Shown here piece by piece: positions 17,620-26,843 of a stretch of 55,721 nucleotides of DNA. The notes beneath the pieces were generated by a model. It searched no databases. It was not told the origin of the DNA and worked only from the letters and a program-made list of their open reading frames with translations. The stretch is from an uncultured Candidatus Saccharibacteria bacterium. GTDB taxonomy: Bacteria; Patescibacteriota; Minisyncoccia; Phycocordibacterales; WO2-35-19. A program made the translations under genes and the position numbers. Location of the stretch: contig CAZPQX010000005.1 of the NCBI GenBank assembly GCA_964589445.1, forward strand, positions 1-55,721, read 5' to 3'. Positions within the stretch are counted from its first letter, which is position 1. Each line of letters begins with the position of its first letter.

Positions 17620-18810
17620 TTAAGCACCCAGATCAACTTTATACTTTTCCTCGATCTCTTTTAATCTATCCTTTTCTCCCCTTTCCAAATTTTCCATTAC
17701 CCACTCGGTCCCATGCTCGACATTTTTACCTACATGATCCCACATGGTATAGGCTCCATTAAAGTATTTGCTCAAAAGATTGAGGATTTCTTGAACACCA
17801 ATAAATAAATCCTCAATCTCTTTATAGATGATAAGGCGCTTTTTCTTCTCCATCTTCTGATGAGCAACATCACTATTTCTTAAGGTAAGAAGGAGGTTAA
17901 TTGCTGGTCCATGTTTTTTCTTTATATCTTTTATTTTTTGAAGTAGGTCTTTATATTCAGATTCGCTAATGCTTTCTTTTATAGATTCAACGAGCTTGTG
18001 CAGTGAAAACGTATCCTCATATTTTTCAGCATCGAAAAAGATTGAGAGATCAATAATAAACATCTTATAAGCCCCTGCCATAACTGGATGGAAGAAATCC
18101 CAGTGCTTCCTAAAAATATCGACATTCTTCTGTGCAACTTCCGGACCAACCTCATTTATATTCATTAGCATATTCATCTTTTTCCATAGATGAAAAGACT
18201 CCAAGGCTGTAAACATTCTGTCAGTTGTGATTTGGAAATATTGCTTTATTACAATATTTTTCAATTCAGAGATGATCTGTGGAAATTCAGAATACCCATC
18301 TTCTGCCGTAAGGTGTCCTCCATTGTGGATAATTTTCATTTCGGACTTTAACATTCCAAACTTCTGCTTATTTTCCTCGAAGTAACCATAAGGATCATTG
18401 TCAGAAATGAGTAATGTAGATCGGTGTAGGATAGTCCTTAACTTATCAATATCCATAGGCATTTCTATCCATGGCTTAGCAATTTCTTTTACTTCATCAG
18501 ATTCCAAGTTACTGAGATTAAACCAACCTGCCACAAACACCGCTCCGCCTACTGGAGTATCTACAGTTTGCAAATATCTAAGAATGGCTTGGCAGCCAAT
18601 TGAATGTCCTATGAAATAAGTGTCTCCGTCTGGTTCACCAACAACCTCTTTTATTTTTGAAACCCATTTTTCAATCACCGGTGTATTGGTATCCGGCATA
18701 TCAGGTACGAGTACTTCATACCCAATCTTTTCAAGTTCAGATTTAAGCCATGGACGCCAGTCGTCATGTGATCCTCCCTCCCAGCGATGTATGATAATTA
18801 CTCTCCTCAT
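17620..18810 (-). CDS. Fusion protein: YdeN/RBBP9-type alpha/beta serine hydrolase plus a C-terminal HEPN-like (AbiU2-like) domain
   Basis: The N-terminal 185 aa has VIIIHRWEGG, WRPWLKSELEKIGYEV, GHSIGC (nucleophile elbow) and NGGHL. The helical C-terminal 200 aa has an R-x5-H motif (RNSDVAH, residues 311-317). Confidence 0.65.
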   Translation of the reverse strand: MRRVIIIHRWEGGSHDDWRPWLKSELEKIGYEVLVPDMPDTNTPVIEKWVSKIKEVVGEPDGDTYFIGHSIGCQAILRYLQTVDTPVGGAVFVAGWFNLSNLESDEVKEIAKPWIEMPMDIDKLRTILHRSTLLISDNDPYGYFEENKQKFGMLKSEMKIIHNGGHLTAEDGYSEFPQIISELKNIVIKQYFQITTDRMFTALESFHLWKKMNMLMNINEVGPEVAQKNVDIFRKHWDFFHPVMAGAYKMFIIDLSIFFDAEKYEDTFSLHKLVESIKESISESEYKDLLQKIKDIKKKHGPAINLLLTLRNSDVAHQKMEKKKRLIIYKEIEDLFIGVQEILNLLSKYFNGAYTMWDHVGKNVEHGTEWVMENLERGEKDRLKEIEEKYKVDLGA

Positions 18811-19172
18811 TTAAGTATTGAAAAAATTAAAGAGATGATTGATATAACTAAGGCACTAAGAGCAAAGAGGTTGTTCTTTTTATAGAGGAGAAAATAACCA
18901 ATCCTTTTATGTAACGGCCCAAGTAGTGCGTGGCCCCATGGAGTAATTCTGTAGAAAATACCTACTGGCATTTCTACAATCCGCTCTACAGCTCCAGCCT
19001 GCTCAAGTAAATAAGCTTGATGTGTTATCTGTTTATCCGTTGGAATTGAGATCTTATGTGCGAAGTGATATGCACCAACTTTCGGTTTAATTATTTTCCA
19101 GTCACAATGACCATCATTTTGTTCAATTGTTTGTAATATTAATTGTTTTATTAGAGTCATGATATTTTCCAT
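18807..19172 (-). CDS. Small wHTH-like protein with a C-terminal transmembrane helix
   Basis: 121 aa. Overlaps the downstream hydrolase-HEPN-like gene by 4 nt (ATGA). C-terminal hydrophobic helix LFALSALVISIISLIFSIL. Confidence 0.55.
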   Translation of the reverse strand: MENIMTLIKQLILQTIEQNDGHCDWKIIKPKVGAYHFAHKISIPTDKQITHQAYLLEQAGAVERIVEMPVGIFYRITPWGHALLGPLHKRIGYFLLYKKNNLFALSALVISIISLIFSILK

Positions 19173-19263
19173 TGTTTTACCATATTTTTGCTTTTATATA
19201 AAGGTTTCTGATTTAAGTCTATTTGTCTGATTTCGGTTATAATTGTCTTAACAAGAATAATCA

Positions 19264-20166
19264 ATGAGCTACTACCGCAATTATCGAAAACCATATTATT
19301 ACCGACGACGACGTTACGGGAATTACAGCCAACCCTTCGAACCATTAAAAGGGATCTTTATTATCGGAGCTGCATTTATTCTTCTCGGGTCCATATCATC
19401 AATCACATCTGGCAATTTTATAGGAATACTAGGAAAGATACTTGTCTGGGGTCTGATACTTGGCGGTATTGTTTGGGTAATCAGGAAAATTAAAAACCGG
19501 TCTAAAAGTCCGATCTCTAATAATCTATACATCCCAGCTGGTGCAAGTAAGGACCAAGTTGCAGCTGTGAACAGTGAGAAGCATGGTTGCAAATGCTATA
19601 TGGATGGACTCACTGACGGAGAACAAGAAATTGCACATATCCTCGCTGAGGGTTTGAGCTATAAAGACTATTTTATCTTCAATAACCTAACCATCCCTTC
19701 GGATCACAACGGATCGTCTCAGATTGACCACTTGGTTGTATCAAAGTTCGGTATCTTCGTAATCGAGAGTAAGGATTACAAAGGATGGATATTTGGCAAC
19801 AAGGACCAAGATAATTGGACTCAGTCATTGCCTGGCGGAAAGAACAAATTCCAATTTCAGAATCCTATACGACAAAACTGGTCCCATATTATGTCTCTCA
19901 AGTTACTTATGCCGTCTATTCCAGAGAATGCTTTCCGAAGCATAGTTGTATTTACTGACTCATGTGAATTCAAGACAGAGCCAATTGAGAATGTTGTCCA
20001 CTCAGAAGAAATTGTGGGATGCATTCAAAAACATACCGACGCAAAACTGTCAGAAGAAAATCTTCATTTGATACTTGGGAAGCTTTCATATGTTTGCCAA
20101 ACCGCAGATATCACACCCTCTCAGCACATTGAGAATTTACACTCGTTTCATCCTAAGTCTTCTTAA
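19264..20166 (+). CDS. NERD-domain protein with two N-terminal TM helices
   Basis: QIDHLVVSKFGIFVIESKDYKGWIFG matches the NERD nuclease-related domain core. Confidence 0.8.
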   Translation: MSYYRNYRKPYYYRRRRYGNYSQPFEPLKGIFIIGAAFILLGSISSITSGNFIGILGKILVWGLILGGIVWVIRKIKNRSKSPISNNLYIPAGASKDQVAAVNSEKHGCKCYMDGLTDGEQEIAHILAEGLSYKDYFIFNNLTIPSDHNGSSQIDHLVVSKFGIFVIESKDYKGWIFGNKDQDNWTQSLPGGKNKFQFQNPIRQNWSHIMSLKLLMPSIPENAFRSIVVFTDSCEFKTEPIENVVHSEEIVGCIQKHTDAKLSEENLHLILGKLSYVCQTADITPSQHIENLHSFHPKSS

Positions 20167-20173
20167 TCAAAAA

Positions 20174-20563
20174 CTAGCTCTGAAACTCCACCTCAAACGG
20201 ATACATACCCATTCCGCATGTTCCCTGAAGGATTACTACTTTCTGAGTTCCAATATCGATATCTGTTGATCCTGTCTGTGGAAGCGATTTGCTTATACCG
20301 ATACTTGGAATGCGGACCGATGATGAGCAATCAAAGGTTCCTTTTGTATTGAATCGAATGACTGTCGGTATACCTGCTTTAGCAATGCTCTTTCGTGGTT
20401 GATAGCCACCTTTAGCACTTATCTCGATGATCTGCTTTCCATCAACAATACTGACATTGTTTGCATTTGCTACCTGACTGGTGTCATTTCCACCTTTGGC
20501 AAGTAGAAACGCCCCACCGATGAGGACTACCGCTACTATGACTGAAATAATAGTTGCTTTCAT
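20174..20563 (-). CDS. Membrane-anchored cupredoxin-like protein
   Basis: N-terminal TM plus a beta-rich domain ending in CGMGMYPFEVEFQ. This type commonly accompanies HMA/DsbD-like metal genes. Start set at MKATIIS. Confidence 0.55.
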   Translation of the reverse strand: MKATIISVIVAVVLIGGAFLLAKGGNDTSQVANANNVSIVDGKQIIEISAKGGYQPRKSIAKAGIPTVIRFNTKGTFDCSSSVRIPSIGISKSLPQTGSTDIDIGTQKVVILQGTCGMGMYPFEVEFQS

Positions 20564-20576
20564 AATTGGAATTATA

Positions 20577-21596
20577 CTAGAAGTTAAAGACTGGCGGAAT
20601 AACCCCAATCACGACCAAGCTATTAATAAGATTGAAGAGTGCGAACATGATCACGATCAGTCCGGCTGTCTTGAAGAAGACTCCGGCTTTGGAACTCTTT
20701 TGAATACTGAATGAGCTGAAGCTGATAAGAGCCAGGACCGGCAGTGTACCAAGTGCGAAAGCAAGCATTGTCAATCCTCCAGTGAGGAAACTCCCTGTTG
20801 TGAGCGTATAGAGTTGCATCGATTGAGTGAATCCGCAAGGCAGAAAGAATGTTGCAACACCAACTAGAAGCGGAGTAAGGGTGTGATTTAACTTCGACAC
20901 ACCATGAGCATGTTTTGCGATGAACTTCGGCATCGATGGCTGGAGTTTCTTGGCCCAGTGGAATGTGTCGAGAAGATTGATACCGAGAATAAGCATGACG
21001 ATACCGATAATCAGGCTCAGGATAAATGTTGCCGAGGTGTTGAGCGTGAATGCCGATCCTATTGCACCTATCACTCCACCAAGAATAAAGAATGAGGCAA
21101 TACGGCCCCCATGGAACATGAGTTGAGGTTTTATCTTGTCACCTTCTTTGGCAAACGTTGCAGACATCGAGAGGACCAATCCACCAACAACTGCCATGCA
21201 TGTTGAAAGTGACGCAATTATACCGATAACGAATGCTGTGCCGTATGTTACGTTGCCAGCGCTAACAAGATTAACGATTCCCATTTTTTGTAACACCACG
21301 AAAAGCACAGCGAATCCGAGTGCAATCGGGACCGCAATCTTGAAGTCTCCCCATTTAGCATTGTGCTGCTGTTTTTCAACCGAAACAGTGTAGCCATGAG
21401 GCTTTAGTGGGATAGTAAGTTCTTCTGCAATCTGCTCCTGTGTCTTATCACCGAAGTCTCCGGTAACTTCTACCGAATGATTTTTAAGACTCGATTTAAC
21501 GTGAGTGATATTGGGTAGGTCCCCAAGCTCGCTCTCGGTCATAAGCACACAAGCATTGCAGTGCATGCCATGTACGTGAAAGGTAAGTGTTTTCAT
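20577..21596 (-). CDS. HMA-domain protein fused to a DsbD_2/TauE-like polytopic membrane domain
   Basis: N-terminal GMHCNAC metal-binding motif followed by 6-7 TM helices. Confidence 0.75.
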   Translation of the reverse strand: MKTLTFHVHGMHCNACVLMTESELGDLPNITHVKSSLKNHSVEVTGDFGDKTQEQIAEELTIPLKPHGYTVSVEKQQHNAKWGDFKIAVPIALGFAVLFVVLQKMGIVNLVSAGNVTYGTAFVIGIIASLSTCMAVVGGLVLSMSATFAKEGDKIKPQLMFHGGRIASFFILGGVIGAIGSAFTLNTSATFILSLIIGIVMLILGINLLDTFHWAKKLQPSMPKFIAKHAHGVSKLNHTLTPLLVGVATFFLPCGFTQSMQLYTLTTGSFLTGGLTMLAFALGTLPVLALISFSSFSIQKSSKAGVFFKTAGLIVIMFALFNLINSLVVIGVIPPVFNF

Positions 21597-21617
21597 AATT
21601 GATAATACTTCTCTGGG

Positions 21618-21839
21618 TTATATAACCTCTCCTTTTTTCTCAAGCATCATGTGATGGATGGTTGCAATCTGAAGCCATGTGGCGATAAGGATAAGAATCG
21701 CAGAACACGCTAATGCATCCATTTTTGTAATTCCAAACACTAGATTGTCGCCACCGCCGATGAGTGTTCCTATAAATACTATTACTCCAACAAAACCTGT
21801 GATAACACTTCCTACATGCATTACTTTTGATATTTTCAT
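21618..21839 (-). CDS. Small two-TM membrane protein
   Basis: 73-aa hydrophobic ORF inside the metal operon. Confidence 0.4.
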   Translation of the reverse strand: MKISKVMHVGSVITGFVGVIVFIGTLIGGGDNLVFGITKMDALACSAILILIATWLQIATIHHMMLEKKGEVI

Positions 21840-21871
21840 ATATTTTTATGTTTAATTATTTTTTAATAAGT

Positions 21872-22513
21872 TTATTTGTACCACTGGGTATACCAAGCCT
21901 GCATTTGCTGAATTTCTTTTGATTGAGATGAGATGATGTTCTTTGCGAGCTGCTGCATCTCAGGTCGGTTGGTCCCTGACTGAAGCATATTTGCCATCAT
22001 GATCGCCAACTGGTGATGTGGGATCATTTCTTCGATAAAGGCTTTGTCAAAATCAGATGCATTTTCTAGTGCAGTCATATCTTCCTGTCCGCCCATGTGC
22101 ATTCCGCTCTGTGACATCATGCCTCCACCCATCATTCCGGTACTTACCTTCGGAACAGTACTTCCGAACCAGTCCTGATACCAGCCGTTCATGCTTTGAA
22201 TCTCCGCTGTCTGAGCTGCAATGATAGCTGTAGCCAAGGTTTTAATCTCGGGACGCTTAGCCTTTTGGAGGGCGAGTTTTGCCATAGCGATAGCTCCATC
22301 ATGGTGAGGGATCATCTGCTCGATGAAGTGCTTGTCGATTGTACCGGCCACCTGAGTGTTTCCACTCACTCTCTGGTCCGATACGGAGTTACTTCTCCAG
22401 TTCATCATTCCGTATCCACCATATCGAAACATTGGAGTGAGCACTGAGACAAGAAGAATTCCGATAACAATTCCGCCGATTCCGTATAATATTTTGTTGT
22501 TTTGGTTGTTCAT
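21872..22513 (-). CDS. DUF305-domain protein (metal/copper resistance-associated)
   Basis: Duplicated FIEQMIPHHDGAIAMA / FIEEMIPHHQLAIMMA motifs and a Met/Gly-rich linker. Confidence 0.85.
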   Translation of the reverse strand: MNNQNNKILYGIGGIVIGILLVSVLTPMFRYGGYGMMNWRSNSVSDQRVSGNTQVAGTIDKHFIEQMIPHHDGAIAMAKLALQKAKRPEIKTLATAIIAAQTAEIQSMNGWYQDWFGSTVPKVSTGMMGGGMMSQSGMHMGGQEDMTALENASDFDKAFIEEMIPHHQLAIMMANMLQSGTNRPEMQQLAKNIISSQSKEIQQMQAWYTQWYK

Positions 22514-22536
22514 ATTTTTGTAGTTAGATTAATGAG

Positions 22537-22737
22537 TTACTCTCCGGCATACTTCACAGGATCGGCTGTAAAGTGATTCTTGCAGTGGATAGCACAAAAG
22601 TAATAGGTCTTACCTTTGTAGTCTGCAGTTGCCTTAATGCCGTCTGCATCAAGCTCCATTCCGCAGACAAGATCGAATGCCACTTCTGGATCGATAGTTT
22701 TATGTTTTTTATTTTCCTTAGACTTTTTTGTTTGCAT
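22537..22737 (-). CDS. YHS/TRASH-domain metal-binding protein
   Basis: DLVCGMELD...YYFCAIHCKNHFTADPVKY. Confidence 0.8.
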   Translation of the reverse strand: MQTKKSKENKKHKTIDPEVAFDLVCGMELDADGIKATADYKGKTYYFCAIHCKNHFTADPVKYAGE

Positions 22738-23171
22738 AGATTTATGAGATTAGAATTGATAATGAAAATTCTATGCATCGAAGGACTGTTTTCAAATAGA
22801 GAAAGCCAGCGAGTAATTTCCCTTGGGCGAGTGAGAGCACGTTCAGGATCGTGCTGAATTCGCCAAAATGCAAGATTAGCTAAGAGCGAATCCTGTCGTT
22901 TTATATAAACGAATCCTATGCTGAGAAATACTGCCAAAAGAAATGCGAGCAGAAAGATAAACGGAATTGACGGGATCACGCTGAAGGATGAAACGAATGC
23001 CTGTATATGGTGGACCGACATTGCTGCGATGTTTTCCGGACATGGCGTATTGTCTACGGCTGAGGCAATACAACCGGTAGTGTGATTGGTCCCATGATTC
23101 ATCGAGGTAAAACCAAACACCCCTATTACTAGGACACTTGTGATTATTAGTAATGAGAGGAGTTTTTTCAT
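22554..23171 (-). CDS. Membrane protein with a His/Cys-rich ectodomain; 3' end uncertain
   Basis: Signal/TM, then HGTNHTTGCIASAVDNTPCPENIAAMSVHH, and a second TM. The last ~60 codons overlap the YHS gene in another frame and look non-coding. Confidence 0.45.
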   Translation of the reverse strand: MKKLLSLLIITSVLVIGVFGFTSMNHGTNHTTGCIASAVDNTPCPENIAAMSVHHIQAFVSSFSVIPSIPFIFLLAFLLAVFLSIGFVYIKRQDSLLANLAFWRIQHDPERALTRPREITRWLSLFENSPSMHRIFIINSNLINLCKQKSLRKIKNIKLSIQKWHSILSAEWSLMQTALRQLQTTKVRPITFVLSTARITLQPIL

Positions 23172-25498
23172 TATAGTTTTTTGGCTTTAATGCGAAGTGA
23201 ATTTGATACAACCGATACCGAAGACATGGCCATGGCAAATCCAGCAAAGACGGGATTTAAAAGCCAACCGAAGACTGGATATAGGGCTCCTGCTGCAAGC
23301 GGTATACCAACGATGTTATAGATAAACGCCCAGAATAGATTCTGCTTAATCCCACGCATAGTGATCTTCGAGAGCTTGATAGCTTTTACGAGCTTAGAGA
23401 TATCTCCGCCGAGAAGTGTTATACCAGCCGACTCAATCGCCACATCTGTTCCAGTCCCCATGGCAATACCTACATCCGCTTGAGCAAGCGCTGGAGCGTC
23501 GTTCACGCCATCACCTGCCATGGCAACCACTCGACCTTGTGACTGTAGCTCTTTTATTTTTTCGAGCTTATCCTGTGGCAGAACGTGGGCGACAACATCA
23601 TCAATTCCCACAAGAGAGGCAATGTACTTGGCAGCCTTTTCATCATCACCAGTGAGCATAACCACTTTTATACCCAGGGCATGAAGATTTTTTACTGCCT
23701 CGACCGACTCTGCTTTAATTTCATCAGCCACCATGACAAAGCCGAGGACCTTTTCTTTAGTAGCAAGGATAACTGGTGTTTTACCTTGGGAAGTAAATTC
23801 ATTAAGTTTTGTTGCGTCAAAGGAAACCTTAAGATCACTAACGAGCTTAGCGTTGCCGACAAAGTATTCAGTACCTTTCACTATTCCCTTTAGACCTTTG
23901 CCTTGTATGCCCTCAAAATTTGAAATATCTGATGTGGAAATATTTTTCTCTTGTGCGTAATTTACAATTGCATGAGCAATTGGATGTTCTGATTTTTTCT
24001 CAAGTGAAGCGAGAATTGATACCAATTCCTCATCTTTTAAATCAGAAAGATTTTGTATATCAACAAGAGTTGGTTTTCCTTTGGTGATGGTCCCTGTTTT
24101 ATCAACAACAACAGTATTTACTTTATGGAGCTTCTCCAGAGTTGCCGCATCTTTGATAAGTATGCCTTCCTTAGCCCCCTTACCGACTCCTACGATAATG
24201 GCCGTAGGTGTTGCAAGACCAAGAGCACAGGGACATGCGATCACGAGAATACCGACAAATGAAACCAGACCGAATGAGAGAGCTTGGGAGAATCCTAGGT
24301 ACTGTGAGCCAAAGATAAGCCATGCGCCAAGAGTGAGAAATGCAATTACTAAAACTATAGGCACGAAGACTGCTGATATCTTATCTGCTAGTGCTTGAAT
24401 CGGGGCCTTGCTGCCTTGAGCGTCTTCAACCATCTTGATGATCTGAGCAAGAAGCGTTTCGGATCCAACCTTGGTGGCCTTGAAAGTAAATGAACCGCTT
24501 GTGTTTATGGTTCCGGATACGACACTGTCTCCGATTTTCTTCTGAGCAGGCATCGGCTCTCCGGTAACCATGGACTCATCGATAAATGAGGAACCTTCAG
24601 TAATAACACCGTCTACAGGAATCTTTGCGCCTGGCTTAACGATAATAAGGTCGCCGTGCTTCACCTCATTCACTGAAATTTCTACTTCCTTTCCATCACG
24701 AATGACCAAAGCTGTTTTAGCTTGAAGATTGAGGAGTTTTTCTATGGCATCACCCGTCTTAATTTTCGATCGAGCTTCAAGATATTTGCCAAGGGCTATA
24801 AAAGTAATAACCACAATCGTGACATCATAGTATTGGTAGTCCACGTTTATAAATGGACGTAGAGCTTCTTCAAAAGCAGTGACAGCAAAGCTATATAAAA
24901 ATGCGGCAGTGGTTCCAATACCGATAAGCGTATCCATGTTTGCCTTGCCGTATCTAAGGAATCGATAAAAACCCATGAGGTATGGTTTACCGACAACAAA
25001 CAGGATATATGTAGCTAGTATCGGAAGAAGATGGTGGATAAATTCTTTGATCGTATAGCTCATTTCAGGAACCGCCTTGTATTGAGCGAGAATATCCCAT
25101 CCCATAACGAGTGCTGCGAAAATTGCAAGAGGAATGGCAGAGAATAATTTTGTTCGCATATCAGCAACTTCAGCAAGCTTCTCTTTCTTGGACTGATTGA
25201 GTCCCAGATGTGCCGCATGTTCATCTGCCGACATACCCATCGCTTCTGCTGATTGACTACCATGGTCATGTGACATTTCTTGGTCCAGAGCCAAGGAGTA
25301 GCCAAGTGGCTCTATTTTCTTTGAAAGCTCCTGCGCACTTGTTTTTGATTCATCAAAGACAACCTTCGCTTTTTCGGTCCCATAATTTACTTCAGCAGAA
25401 TGGACTCCCTCAGTCTTCTTGAAGGTCTTCTCAATAATGCCAGCGCAAGAAGCGCAATGCATTCCTTTTACTCTGTATGTTTTAGTGGGATGATTCAT
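23171..25498 (-). CDS. copA: Copper-translocating P1B-type ATPase
   Basis: HMA motif GMHCASC, CPC in TM6, DKTGTIT, and GDGVNDAP. The start was set at MNHPTKTY (25498), just after the csoR stop. Confidence 0.95.
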   Translation of the reverse strand: MNHPTKTYRVKGMHCASCAGIIEKTFKKTEGVHSAEVNYGTEKAKVVFDESKTSAQELSKKIEPLGYSLALDQEMSHDHGSQSAEAMGMSADEHAAHLGLNQSKKEKLAEVADMRTKLFSAIPLAIFAALVMGWDILAQYKAVPEMSYTIKEFIHHLLPILATYILFVVGKPYLMGFYRFLRYGKANMDTLIGIGTTAAFLYSFAVTAFEEALRPFINVDYQYYDVTIVVITFIALGKYLEARSKIKTGDAIEKLLNLQAKTALVIRDGKEVEISVNEVKHGDLIIVKPGAKIPVDGVITEGSSFIDESMVTGEPMPAQKKIGDSVVSGTINTSGSFTFKATKVGSETLLAQIIKMVEDAQGSKAPIQALADKISAVFVPIVLVIAFLTLGAWLIFGSQYLGFSQALSFGLVSFVGILVIACPCALGLATPTAIIVGVGKGAKEGILIKDAATLEKLHKVNTVVVDKTGTITKGKPTLVDIQNLSDLKDEELVSILASLEKKSEHPIAHAIVNYAQEKNISTSDISNFEGIQGKGLKGIVKGTEYFVGNAKLVSDLKVSFDATKLNEFTSQGKTPVILATKEKVLGFVMVADEIKAESVEAVKNLHALGIKVVMLTGDDEKAAKYIASLVGIDDVVAHVLPQDKLEKIKELQSQGRVVAMAGDGVNDAPALAQADVGIAMGTGTDVAIESAGITLLGGDISKLVKAIKLSKITMRGIKQNLFWAFIYNIVGIPLAAGALYPVFGWLLNPVFAGFAMAMSSVSVVSNSLRIKAKKL

Positions 25499-25502
25499 AT
25501 TT

Positions 25503-25775
25503 TTATTTGCGCTTGAGCTTATAAACCTTAAGAATCTCATCGACAGCTTTCTTTTCGCTACCATGCTTCATTTGGTGAACAACATGCGTAGAAAGATGAT
25601 TTTCAAGAACCAGGCCCTCAATTCCAGTAAGTGCCTCTTTAATAGCCGAAGCTTGAGTAATAATGTCGATACAATACTTCTCATCCTCAACCATTTTCTG
25701 GAGGCCCCTAATCTGTCCCTCAACAATTTTTAATCGACGAATAGCTTTTGTTTTGATATCTTGTCTCATATACAT
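25503..25775 (-). CDS. csoR: CsoR-family metal-sensing repressor
   Basis: RLKIVEGQIRGLQKMVEDEKYCIDIITQASAIKEAL is the typical DUF156/CsoR core with the conserved Cys. Confidence 0.9.
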   Translation of the reverse strand: MYMRQDIKTKAIRRLKIVEGQIRGLQKMVEDEKYCIDIITQASAIKEALTGIEGLVLENHLSTHVVHQMKHGSEKKAVDEILKVYKLKRK

Positions 25776-25780
25776 ACATA

Positions 25781-25797
25781 ATACCCCCTAGGGGTAT
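25781..25797. promoter_or_regulatory. CsoR-type operator
   Basis: ATACCCC-CTA-GGGGTAT inverted repeat 6 bp upstream of the csoR ORF. Matches the GC-rich palindrome class bound by CsoR proteins. Confidence 0.7.
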
Positions 25798-25851
25798 AGA
25801 CTGTCAAACCAGTAAACACGCTATTGGAGAAAAGCAAAATTCGTTGTAGAT

Positions 25852-26442
25852 TTGTATCAAATTACTATTACAATGACGCCGGTCCAGAAGATACAATTCA
25901 TCAAGGTTTTAATCCACGAAAGAGCTCTGATAAGTCCTGCTGGCATTTTGAAGTTACAGCTCAATGATCAACCTTCTCTCACAGTAAAAGAACAGATTCT
26001 TATTTTGAAAAAACTCGAGCAAGAAGGCCTTATCGGTGATCTAAACATTATTGGTAAAGCGGTTAGTTTTTGGGTTATAAGCACCTTTGCCAATTATTTA
26101 AATGAAAATAAGACTGATACCGATGTCATTACAATAGAAATTGGGACCAATACCCTCTCCATCGATAAAGTCACTGCTGCAGTCCGCCTGAATGAGGTTG
26201 AGGCTATCTTTAACCCAAAGAGTCAGGAGTTCGAGACCCTTCTCAAGCTCGCCACTGCCAAGAACCATCAGGTTACCTACACTGACATCCTTGGAGAATC
26301 TGTATCTAAAACGACTAAACGTAACCTCACTTTTGTAATCAGAAATATTAAAGAGGTACTTGGTATCCTTCCAGCCAAGAAAGCTAAAAATAAGGACATC
26401 ATCAAGAATATTAAAGGCTTGGGCTACAAGCTGATTACCTGA
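25852..26442 (+). CDS. DNA-binding protein with a C-terminal OmpR/PhoB-type winged helix
   Basis: The C-terminal segment VTYTDILGESVSKTTKRNLTFVIRNIKEVLG...IKNIKGLGYKLI resembles Trans_reg_C. There is no receiver domain. Confidence 0.55.
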   Translation: MYQITITMTPVQKIQFIKVLIHERALISPAGILKLQLNDQPSLTVKEQILILKKLEQEGLIGDLNIIGKAVSFWVISTFANYLNENKTDTDVITIEIGTNTLSIDKVTAAVRLNEVEAIFNPKSQEFETLLKLATAKNHQVTYTDILGESVSKTTKRNLTFVIRNIKEVLGILPAKKAKNKDIIKNIKGLGYKLIT

Positions 26443-26568
26443 TCACATTGAACCCACACTAAACCCATAATCGTTCCGTCCACCTTTCTCCTTCGGACGA
26501 ATAAAGTCAGAGCGTAATGCTTTGGCTTTTTTGTTTAGAGCATTAATTAATAACTAACAATATTACTC

Positions 26569-26841
26569 ATGATTAAAAAACGGAGTTGGTCCCAGCCCGA
26601 AGCTGATGGACCTGATGTGTTCACAACCTATGACCTTGGAGTATCGGCGGCACTCATGTGCCTTGGGTACAAGCTTATCCGCTTGGACCGAGACGATCCT
26701 CGCAAGGCTCTTTTCGTATTCAAACGAGAGGCAGAAATTGATAGCTATGCCAATCAATATTTTTCAGACCAACTGAAAGTCAAAGCTCGGTCGTTCTTTG
26801 ACAGCATTAAAGCACTCAAGAATAAGCTCTACTCGGAATAG
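26569..26841 (+). CDS. Small hypothetical protein (DUF5659-like)
   Basis: 90 aa. VFTTYDLGVSAALMCLGYKLIRLDRDDPRKALFVFK resembles a small domain common in phage/CPR mobile DNA. Tentative. Confidence 0.45.
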   Translation: MIKKRSWSQPEADGPDVFTTYDLGVSAALMCLGYKLIRLDRDDPRKALFVFKREAEIDSYANQYFSDQLKVKARSFFDSIKALKNKLYSE

Positions 26842-26843
26842 CC

